NCBI GenBank assembly: GCA_965215185.1
Contig: OZ244034.1
Coordinates: 2,400,001 to 2,464,000, forward strand
Reading direction: 5' to 3'
From: Acidimicrobiia bacterium
GTDB taxonomy: Bacteria > Actinomycetota > Acidimicrobiia > Spongiisociales > ZC4RG35
Length of the DNA: 64,000 nt
The notes below the pieces were generated by a model. That model saw nothing but the letters and a program-made list of their open reading frames with translations. It did no database searches and was not told the DNA's origin. How positions within the stretch are numbered: position 1 is the first letter of the stretch; each line of letters begins with the position of its first letter. Shown piece by piece: positions 41,097 to 50,221 of the stretch. Position numbers and translations under genes: made by a program.

Positions 41097-41495
41097 ATGT
41101 GGCGCCTAGTAGTTTTTGTGGGAGTTCCGCTACTGGAGCTTTATGTGCTGTCTTTGGTGGAGGATCGGATAGGCCTGATCAATACCCTAGGCCTGGTGGT
41201 GGCCACTGGCATGTTGGGAGCGGTGGTCATGAAGAGACAGGGCGCCGAGGTGTGGAGATCGGCGCAGATGCGAATGGCTCGGGGAGAAATCCCCGCCGAA
41301 GAAATCCTCGGGGGCATGATGGTGCTGGTAGGGGGCGCCATGATGATCACCCCGGGAATTATCACCGATGCAGTGGGGCTTTTGCTGATGGTCCCCGCGG
41401 TCAGAAGCCTGATCATTCCCTCTTGGTCCAAGAAGAGATTCTTCATGACCTTCAACGACCGTGACGAGGGGGTCTATGACATCGGCCCTTCCTAG
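41097..41495 (+). CDS. fxsA: FxsA family membrane protein
   Basis: VPLLELY, KRQG, GG...TPGIITDAVG. Confidence 0.85.
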   Translation: MWRLVVFVGVPLLELYVLSLVEDRIGLINTLGLVVATGMLGAVVMKRQGAEVWRSAQMRMARGEIPAEEILGGMMVLVGGAMMITPGIITDAVGLLLMVPAVRSLIIPSWSKKRFFMTFNDRDEGVYDIGPS

Positions 41496-42216
41496 GAAAC
41501 CTCCTCTCCGCCCCGTTACACCGTTACCCAGTTCCACCGTTTTGCTGCTGAGGGACCGTGCCGGGGGGATGGAGGTGCTGATGGTGCGCAGATCCCGATC
41601 AACGGTGTTCGGCGGCGTGTTCGTGTTCCCCGGAGGAGTGGTGGATCCGGTCGACAATGGCCCACTGGCCAAGGAGGCTCTGGTTGGGAACTGGCCGGGG
41701 GACAACAGTTGGCGGGCGGCGGGACTGCGGGAGACCGCCGAAGAGGTGGGGATTTACCTTACCGATCAACCCATTTCCCTACCTGACCGTCCGTTGAGCG
41801 GCGAAGCTGTCTATCGGTGGGTACTAAGCCAAGATGCCCGCTTCGATGCCAGAAGGCTTCGCTATCTCTCCAACTGGGTAACTCCCCGTCCCGCGCCTCA
41901 CCGCTTCGATGCGCGGTTTTACGTGGCAAGAGTGGCGGGAGACGAGACACTTGTTTTGGCTCACGCCGAGTTGACCGAGTCGGTGTGGATTCGACCAGAT
42001 CAGGCCTTGGACCGTGTGAGCACGGGGGAGTGGGACATGATCCTGCCCACCGAAAAAAACCTGGAGCGCCTGTTGGGATTCACCACTTCCGGGGAGGCTT
42101 GGGAGTCGATCGATGACACCGGTGAGGTGATCCCCGTGCTCCCCAAAATGGTGATCCACCAAAATGGATTCGACGCCCTGCTTCCCGGGCAGCCCGGCTA
42201 TGAGGAGGCCGAGTGA
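41476..42216 (+). CDS. NUDIX hydrolase (NUDT19-like)
   Basis: VFPGGVVD, RETAEEVG, WVTP, RFDARFY. Confidence 0.9.
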   Translation: MTSALPRKPPLRPVTPLPSSTVLLLRDRAGGMEVLMVRRSRSTVFGGVFVFPGGVVDPVDNGPLAKEALVGNWPGDNSWRAAGLRETAEEVGIYLTDQPISLPDRPLSGEAVYRWVLSQDARFDARRLRYLSNWVTPRPAPHRFDARFYVARVAGDETLVLAHAELTESVWIRPDQALDRVSTGEWDMILPTEKNLERLLGFTTSGEAWESIDDTGEVIPVLPKMVIHQNGFDALLPGQPGYEEAE

Positions 42217-42995
42217 GAGTACGGCGGATCCTGGCGCCTAATCCCAGCCTGTTCACCGGACCGGGCACCAACACCTACCTGATAGAGGAGGGGGGCGAGG
42301 CAGTGATTCTCGACCCCGGACCAATCGAGGCTTCCCATCGGCAGGCCATCGTGGCGGCGGCCGAGGGTTTGACTGTCCGAGCGGTGATAGTTACCCATAC
42401 CCATCCCGACCATGCCCCCTTGGCCAATCCCCTGGCGAGTCTGTTTGAAGTCCCGGCCGTCGGGTATGAGCCGGGGCCAGAGTTCCAACCCGACCATTGT
42501 GTGGAGGACGGGGAAATAATAGAGGTGGGCGCCACCGCTTTGGAGGCGATCTATACGCCTGGGCATTCCGACGATCACCTGTGCTTCCGCAACGACGACG
42601 TGCTTTTCACCGGGGATCACATCATGGGAGGCTCCTCGGTACTAATCACGGATGCGGGGCCTTACATGGATTCCTTGCAGAGACTCGCGCAAATGAAGCT
42701 GGCTCGCTTGTACCCCGGACACGGAGAGCAGATAGACCGCCCCGCCCAAGCCATTGCCTGGTACATCGCCCATCGTCAGGCCCGCGAACGAGAGATTGTG
42801 ACGGCTATAGCCTCTGGATGCCGGACAGTCGGCGAGATAGTGGAACACGTCTACCAAAAAGTGGACCCGGCGCTCCATAATTTGGCCGCTTACTCGGTGG
42901 TGGCTCATCTCAAGAAGCTGGCCGCCGAAGGCACGGTTCGATTCGGGGGCGAAGGAGGGTGGAACACGCCGGTGGAGTTGGCAGAGATCTCATGA
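42213..42995 (+). CDS. MBL-fold metallo-hydrolase (LACTB2-like)
   Basis: APNPS..TGPGTN, THTHPDH, TPGH, GDH, PGHG. Confidence 0.92.
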   Translation: MRVRRILAPNPSLFTGPGTNTYLIEEGGEAVILDPGPIEASHRQAIVAAAEGLTVRAVIVTHTHPDHAPLANPLASLFEVPAVGYEPGPEFQPDHCVEDGEIIEVGATALEAIYTPGHSDDHLCFRNDDVLFTGDHIMGGSSVLITDAGPYMDSLQRLAQMKLARLYPGHGEQIDRPAQAIAWYIAHRQAREREIVTAIASGCRTVGEIVEHVYQKVDPALHNLAAYSVVAHLKKLAAEGTVRFGGEGGWNTPVELAEIS

Positions 42996-44242
42996 TCTCC
43001 GGCGGGCAACGGCCGAAGTTGTTGGTCGGGCTTCTGGGGGTGGCGGTTATCGCCATGCTGCACATCCCCATAGTCGGCGCCCAATCCGACCAAGTGGAGG
43101 ACGCCCGCCAAAGAGTTGCCAAGATTCAAGCCCAACAAGAGGAGCTGGCCTTGTTGATCGAAGAGACCTGGGTGGCTCTGGTAATAGCCGAAGACGGGCT
43201 GGCCGGCGCCGAGGACTCCCTCCGGAAGGCAGAGTCGGAACTGTGGCTGGCCCGATCCTCCCTGGAGGAGTTGGCGGTCCTCCTCTACATGGATGTGGCT
43301 ACCGGCAGGACGGTGAGCCTCCTGATGGCTGACGGGCCGGAAGGATTCGAGGCTGGGGTCGGCTATCTCGAGGCTTTGGGAGACGACGAAGAGGCGGTAT
43401 GGAATCACTACCGAACCGTCACCAATGACCTCGATCGTCAGCAGGCGGGTTACCAATCGCAACTTGAACAACTGGACGGGATCAGAAACGAGCAGGAACG
43501 GCTCTTCTCACAGTTGCTCCTGAAGCTCGATCAGGCCCAAGAGGAACTCTCCTTGCTGGAGTCCTTAACCGTGGCCCTCCCCGAAACAACCACCACCGCA
43601 CCCACAACCACCACCGCACCCACAACCACCACCGCACCCACAACCACCACCGCACCCACAACCACCACCGCACCCACAACCACCACCGCACCCACAACCA
43701 CCACCGCACCCACAACCACCACCGCACCCACAACCACCACCGCACCCACAACCACCACCGCACCCACAACCACCACCGCACCCACAACCACCACCGCACC
43801 CACAACCACCACCACCCGACCTAACGACGGCTACGACTATGAAGGCATCTGCCCGGTGGATCAGCCCAACACCTTTGTGGACACCTGGGGCGCTCCCCGG
43901 TCGGGAGGACGCACCCACCAGGGAGTCGACATCTTGGCTGGTAGAGGAACTCCCGTGAGAGCCATCCATGAGGGCGACCTTTTTCGTGTTGACCGGGGGG
44001 GCTTGGGCGGTCTCTACATCTGGCTACGCTCCCCTTGGGGAGACGAGTACTACTACGCCCATCTCGATGGATTCGGTCCCGGGATCCGCAGCGACGTCCA
44101 GGTATCCCAGGGAGACCTGATCGGCTACGTCGGCACCTCCGGGAATTCTCCCGACTACATTCCCCATCTTCATTTCGAATACCACCCCGGAGGTGGAAGA
44201 GCGATCAATCCCTACGAAGTCGCGGTAGCAGCCTGCCAATAG
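42992..44242 (+). CDS. M23 peptidase with coiled coil and Thr-rich linker
   Basis: Signal peptide, coiled coil, HQGVD, YAHL, HLHF. Confidence 0.92.
   Translation: MISGGQRPKLLVGLLGVAVIAMLHIPIVGAQSDQVEDARQRVAKIQAQQEELALLIEETWVALVIAEDGLAGAEDSLRKAESELWLARSSLEELAVLLYMDVATGRTVSLLMADGPEGFEAGVGYLEALGDDEEAVWNHYRTVTNDLDRQQAGYQSQLEQLDGIRNEQERLFSQLLLKLDQAQEELSLLESLTVALPETTTTAPTTTTAPTTTTAPTTTTAPTTTTAPTTTTAPTTTTAPTTTTAPTTTTAPTTTTAPTTTTAPTTTTAPTTTTTRPNDGYDYEGICPVDQPNTFVDTWGAPRSGGRTHQGVDILAGRGTPVRAIHEGDLFRVDRGGLGGLYIWLRSPWGDEYYYAHLDGFGPGIRSDVQVSQGDLIGYVGTSGNSPDYIPHLHFEYHPGGGRAINPYEVAVAACQ
43586..43813 (+). repeat. Perfect 18-bp tandem repeat (12 units + partial) encoding TTTTAP
   Basis: ACAACCACCACCGCACCC repeated without substitution. 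Confidence 0.97.
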
Positions 44243-44301
44243 CACGGCCAACCTATGTTGGAACACAACATTTGTGGTGATATTTCAAACGGCCTTGAGG
44301 G

Positions 44302-44962
44302 GTGCGGGTATTGTCTTTGATGCAAGAGAAGGGGCTCGTGGGTTTAGGTATTGGGCGGAAGTCACCTCGCCGTGCGGTCCATCTTCTGGGGATGCTCGTC
44401 ACCGTTGCGATGCTGGGCAATGCCCACGCTAAAGACAACCCCTTGCACTTCAATGAGGCTCCTGTCCTCTGGGAGGGACAAAGCGTCACCTACAGTGAGT
44501 ACCACCATCACTGTCCAGTACTCCTATTACTACAGCGACGTAGTCTCAATCACTAAGACCAATGCCCTCGAAGAGGAACCACCCCCTGCAAGGAGAATAG
44601 ATGTTCTAGAGTTTTTCAAAGCGAGTTAGAGGTAGGACAGATACTCTTCGGCGAAGCAACAAGCGGTAGAAATCAGCGCGCTTCATTTCGTTCCGCAAAA
44701 GGATGGCTGGAGGTCTGGGTGCTCAGTTAGTAGCGGGGTCACCTTGGCCGGCGAAGGCGGGCTCGTTTATACCATTGACGCTGCCTTTGGTTCAGGCATG
44801 CCTCCCCTCAAAGTGGTAGGTGATTCTGGCAACGGGGAAGTGGGCTCCTACCCCCGTTTGGTCGATGGCCAAAGCGTCGCCATATGGGGCTACACCATCA
44901 CAGTTAGCTCCACCGCCTACTACACCGACACCGTAACCATCACCAAAGCCGGTGACCCTTAA
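44302..44962 (+). pseudogene. Two decayed copies of a secreted-protein C-terminal beta module
   Basis: PVLWEGQSVTYSEY/TITVQYSYYYSDVVSITK (frameshifted) versus PRLVDGQSVAIWGYTITVSSTAYYTDTVTITK. Confidence 0.55.
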
Positions 44963-45000
44963 ACCGACATGGGAACCCTCGGTCCCCAAAGGTGGAAAGA

Positions 45001-45477
45001 TCAGGTGTCGGAGAAAGCCAGCACCAGAGTCAGGTGGTTGACATCGTTTTCCCGCCGATAGAGCATGTCCTGGACCATGGATCGTACCAAATGAATGCCC
45101 AGACCGCCTATGGCCATATCCATCAACGAAGAGGAGTCATGTTCGGGAGGGGTTGGAGCTTCGGTCGGATCGAATGGCATCCCGTTGTCGATTATCTCGA
45201 ATTCGGCTTCGTGCCGGCGGGAGGCCAACTTCATAACCACCGGATCGGTGGCGCCCGAATGGGTCATGACATTGAGCATCATCTCTTCGAGAACCAGTTG
45301 GGCCTGCAGAACGAACTGCATGGACCATCCCACCCTTTCGCCGAACTCCTCAACAGCCTCGAAAACGGCCGGCAACTCTTCGGCATCAGCCTGGATTTCC
45401 ACAGAAACGGACACCTCACAGCAGGTGTCGGTGCCGCTGTTGTCACCGCCGTGGCATTCCTCGTGCGCAGGGCTCAT
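45001..45477 (-). CDS. Anti-sigma factor / RsbW-like Ser/Thr kinase (HATPase)
   Basis: EEMMLNVMTH, DNGMPFDP, GGLGIHLVR. Confidence 0.88.
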   Translation of the reverse strand: MSPAHEECHGGDNSGTDTCCEVSVSVEIQADAEELPAVFEAVEEFGERVGWSMQFVLQAQLVLEEMMLNVMTHSGATDPVVMKLASRRHEAEFEIIDNGMPFDPTEAPTPPEHDSSSLMDMAIGGLGIHLVRSMVQDMLYRRENDVNHLTLVLAFSDT

Positions 45478-45490
45478 TTGTTAATAGATG

Positions 45491-46657
45491 TTAGCCAATC
45501 CTGTGAATTGTCAGGCAGGTGATATCGTCGAACTGGGGAGATTCTCCCATGTATCCCCTGGTAGCGGCAAAAACCTCCCGGACCGTCTCTTCCGCAGTCT
45601 CGGCGTCGGCAGCATCCCGAAGGGCATTGCTCAATCCCTCGACTCCAAAGAGCGAACCCTCCTCGGTTTGGGCTTCTGTGATTCCGTCGGTGTAAAGCAC
45701 CACCCTCTCACCCGGTTCCAAGGTGACCATCCGCTGTTGGTACTCGAAGTCCGGTTGGACCCCCAGAGCTATGCCTTCCGTAAGGGGCAGCAGTTCGGCC
45801 TGTCCGTCGCACCGCACCAGGAGCGGAGCATCATGCCCGCCGCTGGCGTAGGTGAAAGAGCTGGCTTCCGGGTCGTATACCGCATACAGCACTGTGACAA
45901 ACTGGGTGGTGTCGTTATCTTCGCACAGAAGGTTGTTCACCTCTGCAAGCACTTCTCCGGGGTTGAGAAGGCCGATCACTACCCCTTTCATCAACGTGCG
46001 ACAGGTCATCATGAACATGGCTGCGGGGATTCCCTTGCCGGAGACATCCGCCATCACCACACCTATCCGACCCCGGTCTAAAGCGATGACGTCATAGAAG
46101 TCTCCCCCCACATCCTGGGCTGGTTCCATGTTTCCGAACATCTGGAACTGGGAGGTATCAGGGAGGTCGGAGGGAAGAATTGACCTCTGGATGTTGCTCG
46201 CCACCTTCAGTTCGTTTTGAATGGACACCAGCTTGTCGCGGTAGGAAAGCGCCTCCTTCCATTGCCTGGTATGTGCCAAGGTTCGCTCAATGGTGATCTG
46301 CAAATCCCTGAAGTCCACCGGCTTGGTCACAAAGTCGAAAGCGCCCCGGTTCATGGCGGTCCGGATGTTCTTCATGTCCCCGTAGGCGGAGACAACCACC
46401 GCTCGCACGTTGGGGTTGATCCGGGGTATCTGCTCCAGCATCGCCAGTCCGTCCATCTCGGGCATGTTTATATCGGACAGCACTATTTCGATGTCGGGGT
46501 CCTCCTCCAGTCTGCTCAGAGCATCTGCCCCATTGCAGGCGAAGAGAAACTCATACGTGCCCGTTCTGATGTGCCGTCGCATCCTTTGGAGCATTAGGGA
46601 CTCCAGATCCGGTTCGTCGTCCACTACCAGGATCTTGGCGGGGGAATTAAGTTTCAT
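45491..46657 (-). CDS. Receiver + PP2C (SpoIIE/RsbU-like) phosphatase
   Basis: LVVDDE, SDINMP, KP; VGGDFYD, ADVSGKG, YTDG, DDIT. Confidence 0.93.
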   Translation of the reverse strand: MKLNSPAKILVVDDEPDLESLMLQRMRRHIRTGTYEFLFACNGADALSRLEEDPDIEIVLSDINMPEMDGLAMLEQIPRINPNVRAVVVSAYGDMKNIRTAMNRGAFDFVTKPVDFRDLQITIERTLAHTRQWKEALSYRDKLVSIQNELKVASNIQRSILPSDLPDTSQFQMFGNMEPAQDVGGDFYDVIALDRGRIGVVMADVSGKGIPAAMFMMTCRTLMKGVVIGLLNPGEVLAEVNNLLCEDNDTTQFVTVLYAVYDPEASSFTYASGGHDAPLLVRCDGQAELLPLTEGIALGVQPDFEYQQRMVTLEPGERVVLYTDGITEAQTEEGSLFGVEGLSNALRDAADAETAEETVREVFAATRGYMGESPQFDDITCLTIHRIG

Positions 46658-46764
46658 AAGTTAACACCAGGAAGATCGGGGATGGTCCTCTGGGCTTATC
46701 TGCTCACCGCCGGTGTGCAAAAGTATCAATGCCCACTGTCCTTTGAGGTTAACAAAAATGTCCA

Positions 46765-47955
46765 CTAAGGAGTGGCCGAAGCCAACAGTTCCTGATCCAT
46801 TCCTGCCTGGGCAAGGCCTTCCAGCAGCTTGGCCAACCGACCCGTACAGGTCTCGTCTTGGGCGGGAGGAACCAGTTGCACCAGTAACGCGGCGATCTCC
46901 GCAAAGGCCAGGGCGGCACCGGTGGGTGGGACTGTCGAAGCGACCGGGCTGCCGCAGTCTCCCCCTTCCACCACCCTGATGTCGAAGGGAACCCGGCTCA
47001 AGAGCGGCGTTGCGATGCTGTCGGCCAACTCCTGCCCTCCACCCTGCCCGAACAGATGATGCACCTTCCCATGCCCGCAATCGAAGCCAGACATGTTCTC
47101 GATCACTCCCACGATTGGCATATGGGACCGACGGGCCATATCCGCAATACGGGCTGCCACCTTTTGCGAAGCGCTCTGCGGGGTGGTGACCACCACCATC
47201 TCTGCTTGGGGAAGCATCCTGGAAAGCGCCATCTGTATGTCGCCGGTGCCGGGTGGCATATCTATCACCAAGTAGTCCAGATCTCCCCAATCCACCTGTT
47301 TAAGAAACTGCTCCACAGCCTTGGCCAGCATCAGGCCTCTCCACATCAACGCCGTTTCCTCCGAATCGATGATCAACCCGGTAGAGACCACTTTCAACCC
47401 ATGCGCATCCACCGGAATGATCAATCGAGAGTCGTCATCGGCCACCATCCGCCTGGTTATGCCCAACAGGCGGGGAACCGAAAACCCCCAAATGTCCGCG
47501 TCCATCAAGCCCACCCGGAAGCCGAGGTTCTTGATGGCAATGGCCAGGTTGACGCTAACCGACGATTTCCCCACTCCCCCTTTGCCGGAACTGACGGCAA
47601 TCACCCGGGTGGTAGGAGACACTTGGGTGGGTTCGGCCTGCTGGCGCGCCTTTTCCCGAGCTCTTGACATCAATTCGGCGCGTTGGCGTTTGGTCATGGC
47701 GGTGGTGTGGATAACTACCTCATTGACCCCCGGCAAGGAAAGAGCCCTGCGTCGGGTGTCTCCCTCGATCTGATTGCGCAGGGGGCATTCGGCAATGGTC
47801 AGGGCCAACCCGATGGTCACCGTTCCATCCAAGGTGACGTCCACGGAGGCGATCATGCCCAAATCAACTACATTTTCGCCGAGTTCGGGATCAATTACGC
47901 CCCGCAGAGCGGCCCACACGTGATCGGCGGTAGGCATATTGGAGTTGTTAGACAC
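46765..47955 (-). CDS. mrp: Mrp/ApbC/NBP35 Fe-S carrier ATPase with N-terminal DUF59
   Basis: DPELG..VVDLG, CPL, SGKGGVGKS, DMPPGTGD, ENMS. Confidence 0.93.
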   Translation of the reverse strand: MSNNSNMPTADHVWAALRGVIDPELGENVVDLGMIASVDVTLDGTVTIGLALTIAECPLRNQIEGDTRRRALSLPGVNEVVIHTTAMTKRQRAELMSRAREKARQQAEPTQVSPTTRVIAVSSGKGGVGKSSVSVNLAIAIKNLGFRVGLMDADIWGFSVPRLLGITRRMVADDDSRLIIPVDAHGLKVVSTGLIIDSEETALMWRGLMLAKAVEQFLKQVDWGDLDYLVIDMPPGTGDIQMALSRMLPQAEMVVVTTPQSASQKVAARIADMARRSHMPIVGVIENMSGFDCGHGKVHHLFGQGGGQELADSIATPLLSRVPFDIRVVEGGDCGSPVASTVPPTGAALAFAEIAALLVQLVPPAQDETCTGRLAKLLEGLAQAGMDQELLASATP

Positions 47956-48069
47956 GGATCACTCTCCCTGTCCTTACAGGTCATAGATGGTATACACCAT
48001 TCCCAACAATAGACAGTTCACACATTTGTCGCCTTTACATTCTGTTCACCAAGTCGTTAGACTGACGCA

Positions 48070-49374
48070 GTGGTGGTTACAACCGCTTCGGACATGATGG
48101 CACTAGATGCAGCGATTCCCCTCATGGAATGGGACTCGGGGATGTACCGGGAGGCTGTTGGCCAATTCGACCAGGTAGCCGCTTACATGGACCTGGATCC
48201 CAATATCTCCCAGCGGCTGCGGCTCCCCCAGCGGTCTCTGATGACCACCTTTCCCTACCGCAGGGATGACGGCTCGGTGGAGACGGTGTTCGGCTACCGC
48301 GTCAAGCATGTCCTGACCATGGGCCCCACCAAGGGCGGCATCCGTTATGCCCCCACCGTCAACTTGGGCGAGGTGGCAGCGCTGGCCATGAACATGACCT
48401 GGAAGTGCTCACTGGTCGGGCTTCCGTTCGGAGGGGCCAAGGGCGGGGTCCGCGTGGCGCCCGAGGAACTCAGCCCCAGCGAACTGCAGCGCTTGACCCG
48501 TCGCTACACCTCCGAGATTTTCACCTTCATCGGTCCGCAGACCGACATCCCAGCTCCGGATCTGGGAACCGACTCCCAGGTGATGGCCTGGATCATGGAC
48601 ACCTACAGCCATCACGTAGGCCACGGGGCACCGGGGGTTGTGACCGGAAAGCCAGTCGAGTTGGGAGGTACTGCGGTGCGCCAGGAATCTACCGGCCTGG
48701 GCTTGGCCTACCTGCTTCCAGAGGCTCTGGAAATGGTGGACCTACCCGTGGAGGGAACCCGGGTAGCAATTCAGGGCTTCGGCCAAGTGGGAAGAAGCGC
48801 AGCGCAGGCGGTGACCAAACTAGGCGCCCGAGTGGTAGCGGTCAGCGATCTGTCGGGGGCCATTCACAATCCGGACGGTCTGGACATCGAGGCACTGCAG
48901 CGGTGGACGGACCAAAACATCTGGGTGAGGGACTATCCCGGGAGCGACGCTATCGACGGGAACCAGCTTTTTGAGATCGAGTGTGAGGTGCTCATCCCTG
49001 CCGCTGTCCAGGAAGTCATCCACGCCCAGAACGCTCACAACATCAAGGCCGCGGTGGTTGTGGAGGGCGCCAACCACCCAACCACCATAGAGGGCGACCG
49101 CATTCTCCAGGAAAGAGGCGTGCTGATAATCCCCGACATTCTTGCCAACGCCGGAGGAGTGACCGTCTCCTACTTCGAGTGGCTGCAGGGCCTGCAATAT
49201 TATTTCTGGACAGACAGCGAGACCCGCCAGCGTTTGCACGAGATTATGACCAGAGCTTTCCAAGAAGTCCGACAGGTGGCCGACGCCGAGAACGTCGACC
49301 TGCGCACCGCCGCCCTCATCAAGGCCGTTACGCGGGTTACCAAAGCCAAGCTGCTGAGAGGCTTGTTCCCCTGA
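48070..49374 (+). CDS. gdhA: Glu/Leu/Phe/Val dehydrogenase (glutamate dehydrogenase)
   Basis: GPTKGGIRY, GGAKGG, DIPAPD, QGFGQVG, EGAN, NAGGV.VSYFEW. Confidence 0.93.
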   Translation: MVVTTASDMMALDAAIPLMEWDSGMYREAVGQFDQVAAYMDLDPNISQRLRLPQRSLMTTFPYRRDDGSVETVFGYRVKHVLTMGPTKGGIRYAPTVNLGEVAALAMNMTWKCSLVGLPFGGAKGGVRVAPEELSPSELQRLTRRYTSEIFTFIGPQTDIPAPDLGTDSQVMAWIMDTYSHHVGHGAPGVVTGKPVELGGTAVRQESTGLGLAYLLPEALEMVDLPVEGTRVAIQGFGQVGRSAAQAVTKLGARVVAVSDLSGAIHNPDGLDIEALQRWTDQNIWVRDYPGSDAIDGNQLFEIECEVLIPAAVQEVIHAQNAHNIKAAVVVEGANHPTTIEGDRILQERGVLIIPDILANAGGVTVSYFEWLQGLQYYFWTDSETRQRLHEIMTRAFQEVRQVADAENVDLRTAALIKAVTRVTKAKLLRGLFP

Positions 49375-49457
49375 TCGGGATCGCCTCCCCTGGTTTTCCC
49401 ATTTATAATCCCAACGCAGGTTTGTAGTATCCATAGAAACAGATTACGGATCATCAC

Positions 49458-49817
49458 ATGCAGTTTCTCACAATCAAAAGCTCAACACCACAAAAACCCA
49501 TCTTGCTCACCGATTCGGCGGTTGCCAAAGTCAAGGCCCTGCTGGCCTCGGAGGGGGAGGACAATCTCGGATTGCGCGTGGCGGTAAGGCCGGGCGGGTG
49601 CTCGGGTTTCTCATATGAAATGTTCTTCGATGCCGACGTGGAGGAAGAGGACATCATCGCCGACTTCGAGGGTGTGCGGGTGCTGGTGGATTCGCAAAGC
49701 GCCAAGCGCATCAGCGGAGCGGTCCTTGACTACCGGGAGGGCTTGATGGATTCTGGGTTTTCCATCGACAATCCCAACGTAACCCGCTCTTGTGGGTGCG
49801 GCAACAGCTTCTCCTAA
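49458..49817 (+). CDS. A-type Fe-S carrier (HesB/IscA/ErpA)
   Basis: GGCSGFSY, NPN...CGCGNSF. Confidence 0.95.
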   Translation: MQFLTIKSSTPQKPILLTDSAVAKVKALLASEGEDNLGLRVAVRPGGCSGFSYEMFFDADVEEEDIIADFEGVRVLVDSQSAKRISGAVLDYREGLMDSGFSIDNPNVTRSCGCGNSFS

Positions 49818-49825
49818 AGAGAACC

Positions 49826-50206
49826 ATGCCAAAACAGGTTCCTCAGCTCACCGGTGCTCCCCCTCCCCTCGCTCCCTACTCTGTGGTTACCGAAGCGCAG
49901 GGGTTGGTTTTCATCTCGGGCCAGATAGCCCTCGATCCGCAAGGCGGCCCAACCCCCGAATCGGCCACCGACCAAGCCGACCTTATTCTCAGAAACATCG
50001 GGAACATATTGACAGAACTTGGCCTTGGCTACTCTGACATCGTCAAAACCACAGTCTTTTTGACAGATATTCGCGACTTCGCAGCGGTCAATGGTGTCTA
50101 CGGCGGATTCTTCGACGGGCCACCCCCCGCCCGCTCAGCGGTGGGAGTGGCGGCTCTACCTCTACCCGGCCTGAAAATCGAGATCGAAGCGATCGCCGCC
50201 CGCTGA
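49826..50206 (+). CDS. ridA: RidA/YjgF family enamine deaminase
   Basis: PYS, SGQI, VKTTVFL, PARS, IEIEAIA. Confidence 0.92.
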   Translation: MPKQVPQLTGAPPPLAPYSVVTEAQGLVFISGQIALDPQGGPTPESATDQADLILRNIGNILTELGLGYSDIVKTTVFLTDIRDFAAVNGVYGGFFDGPPPARSAVGVAALPLPGLKIEIEAIAAR

Positions 50207-50221
50207 CCTTTCGTTCAAGAG

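Noticed and set aside
43586-43813. Possible CRISPR array
   Set aside because: Contiguous 18-bp units with no spacers, in frame within a CDS; no cas genes.
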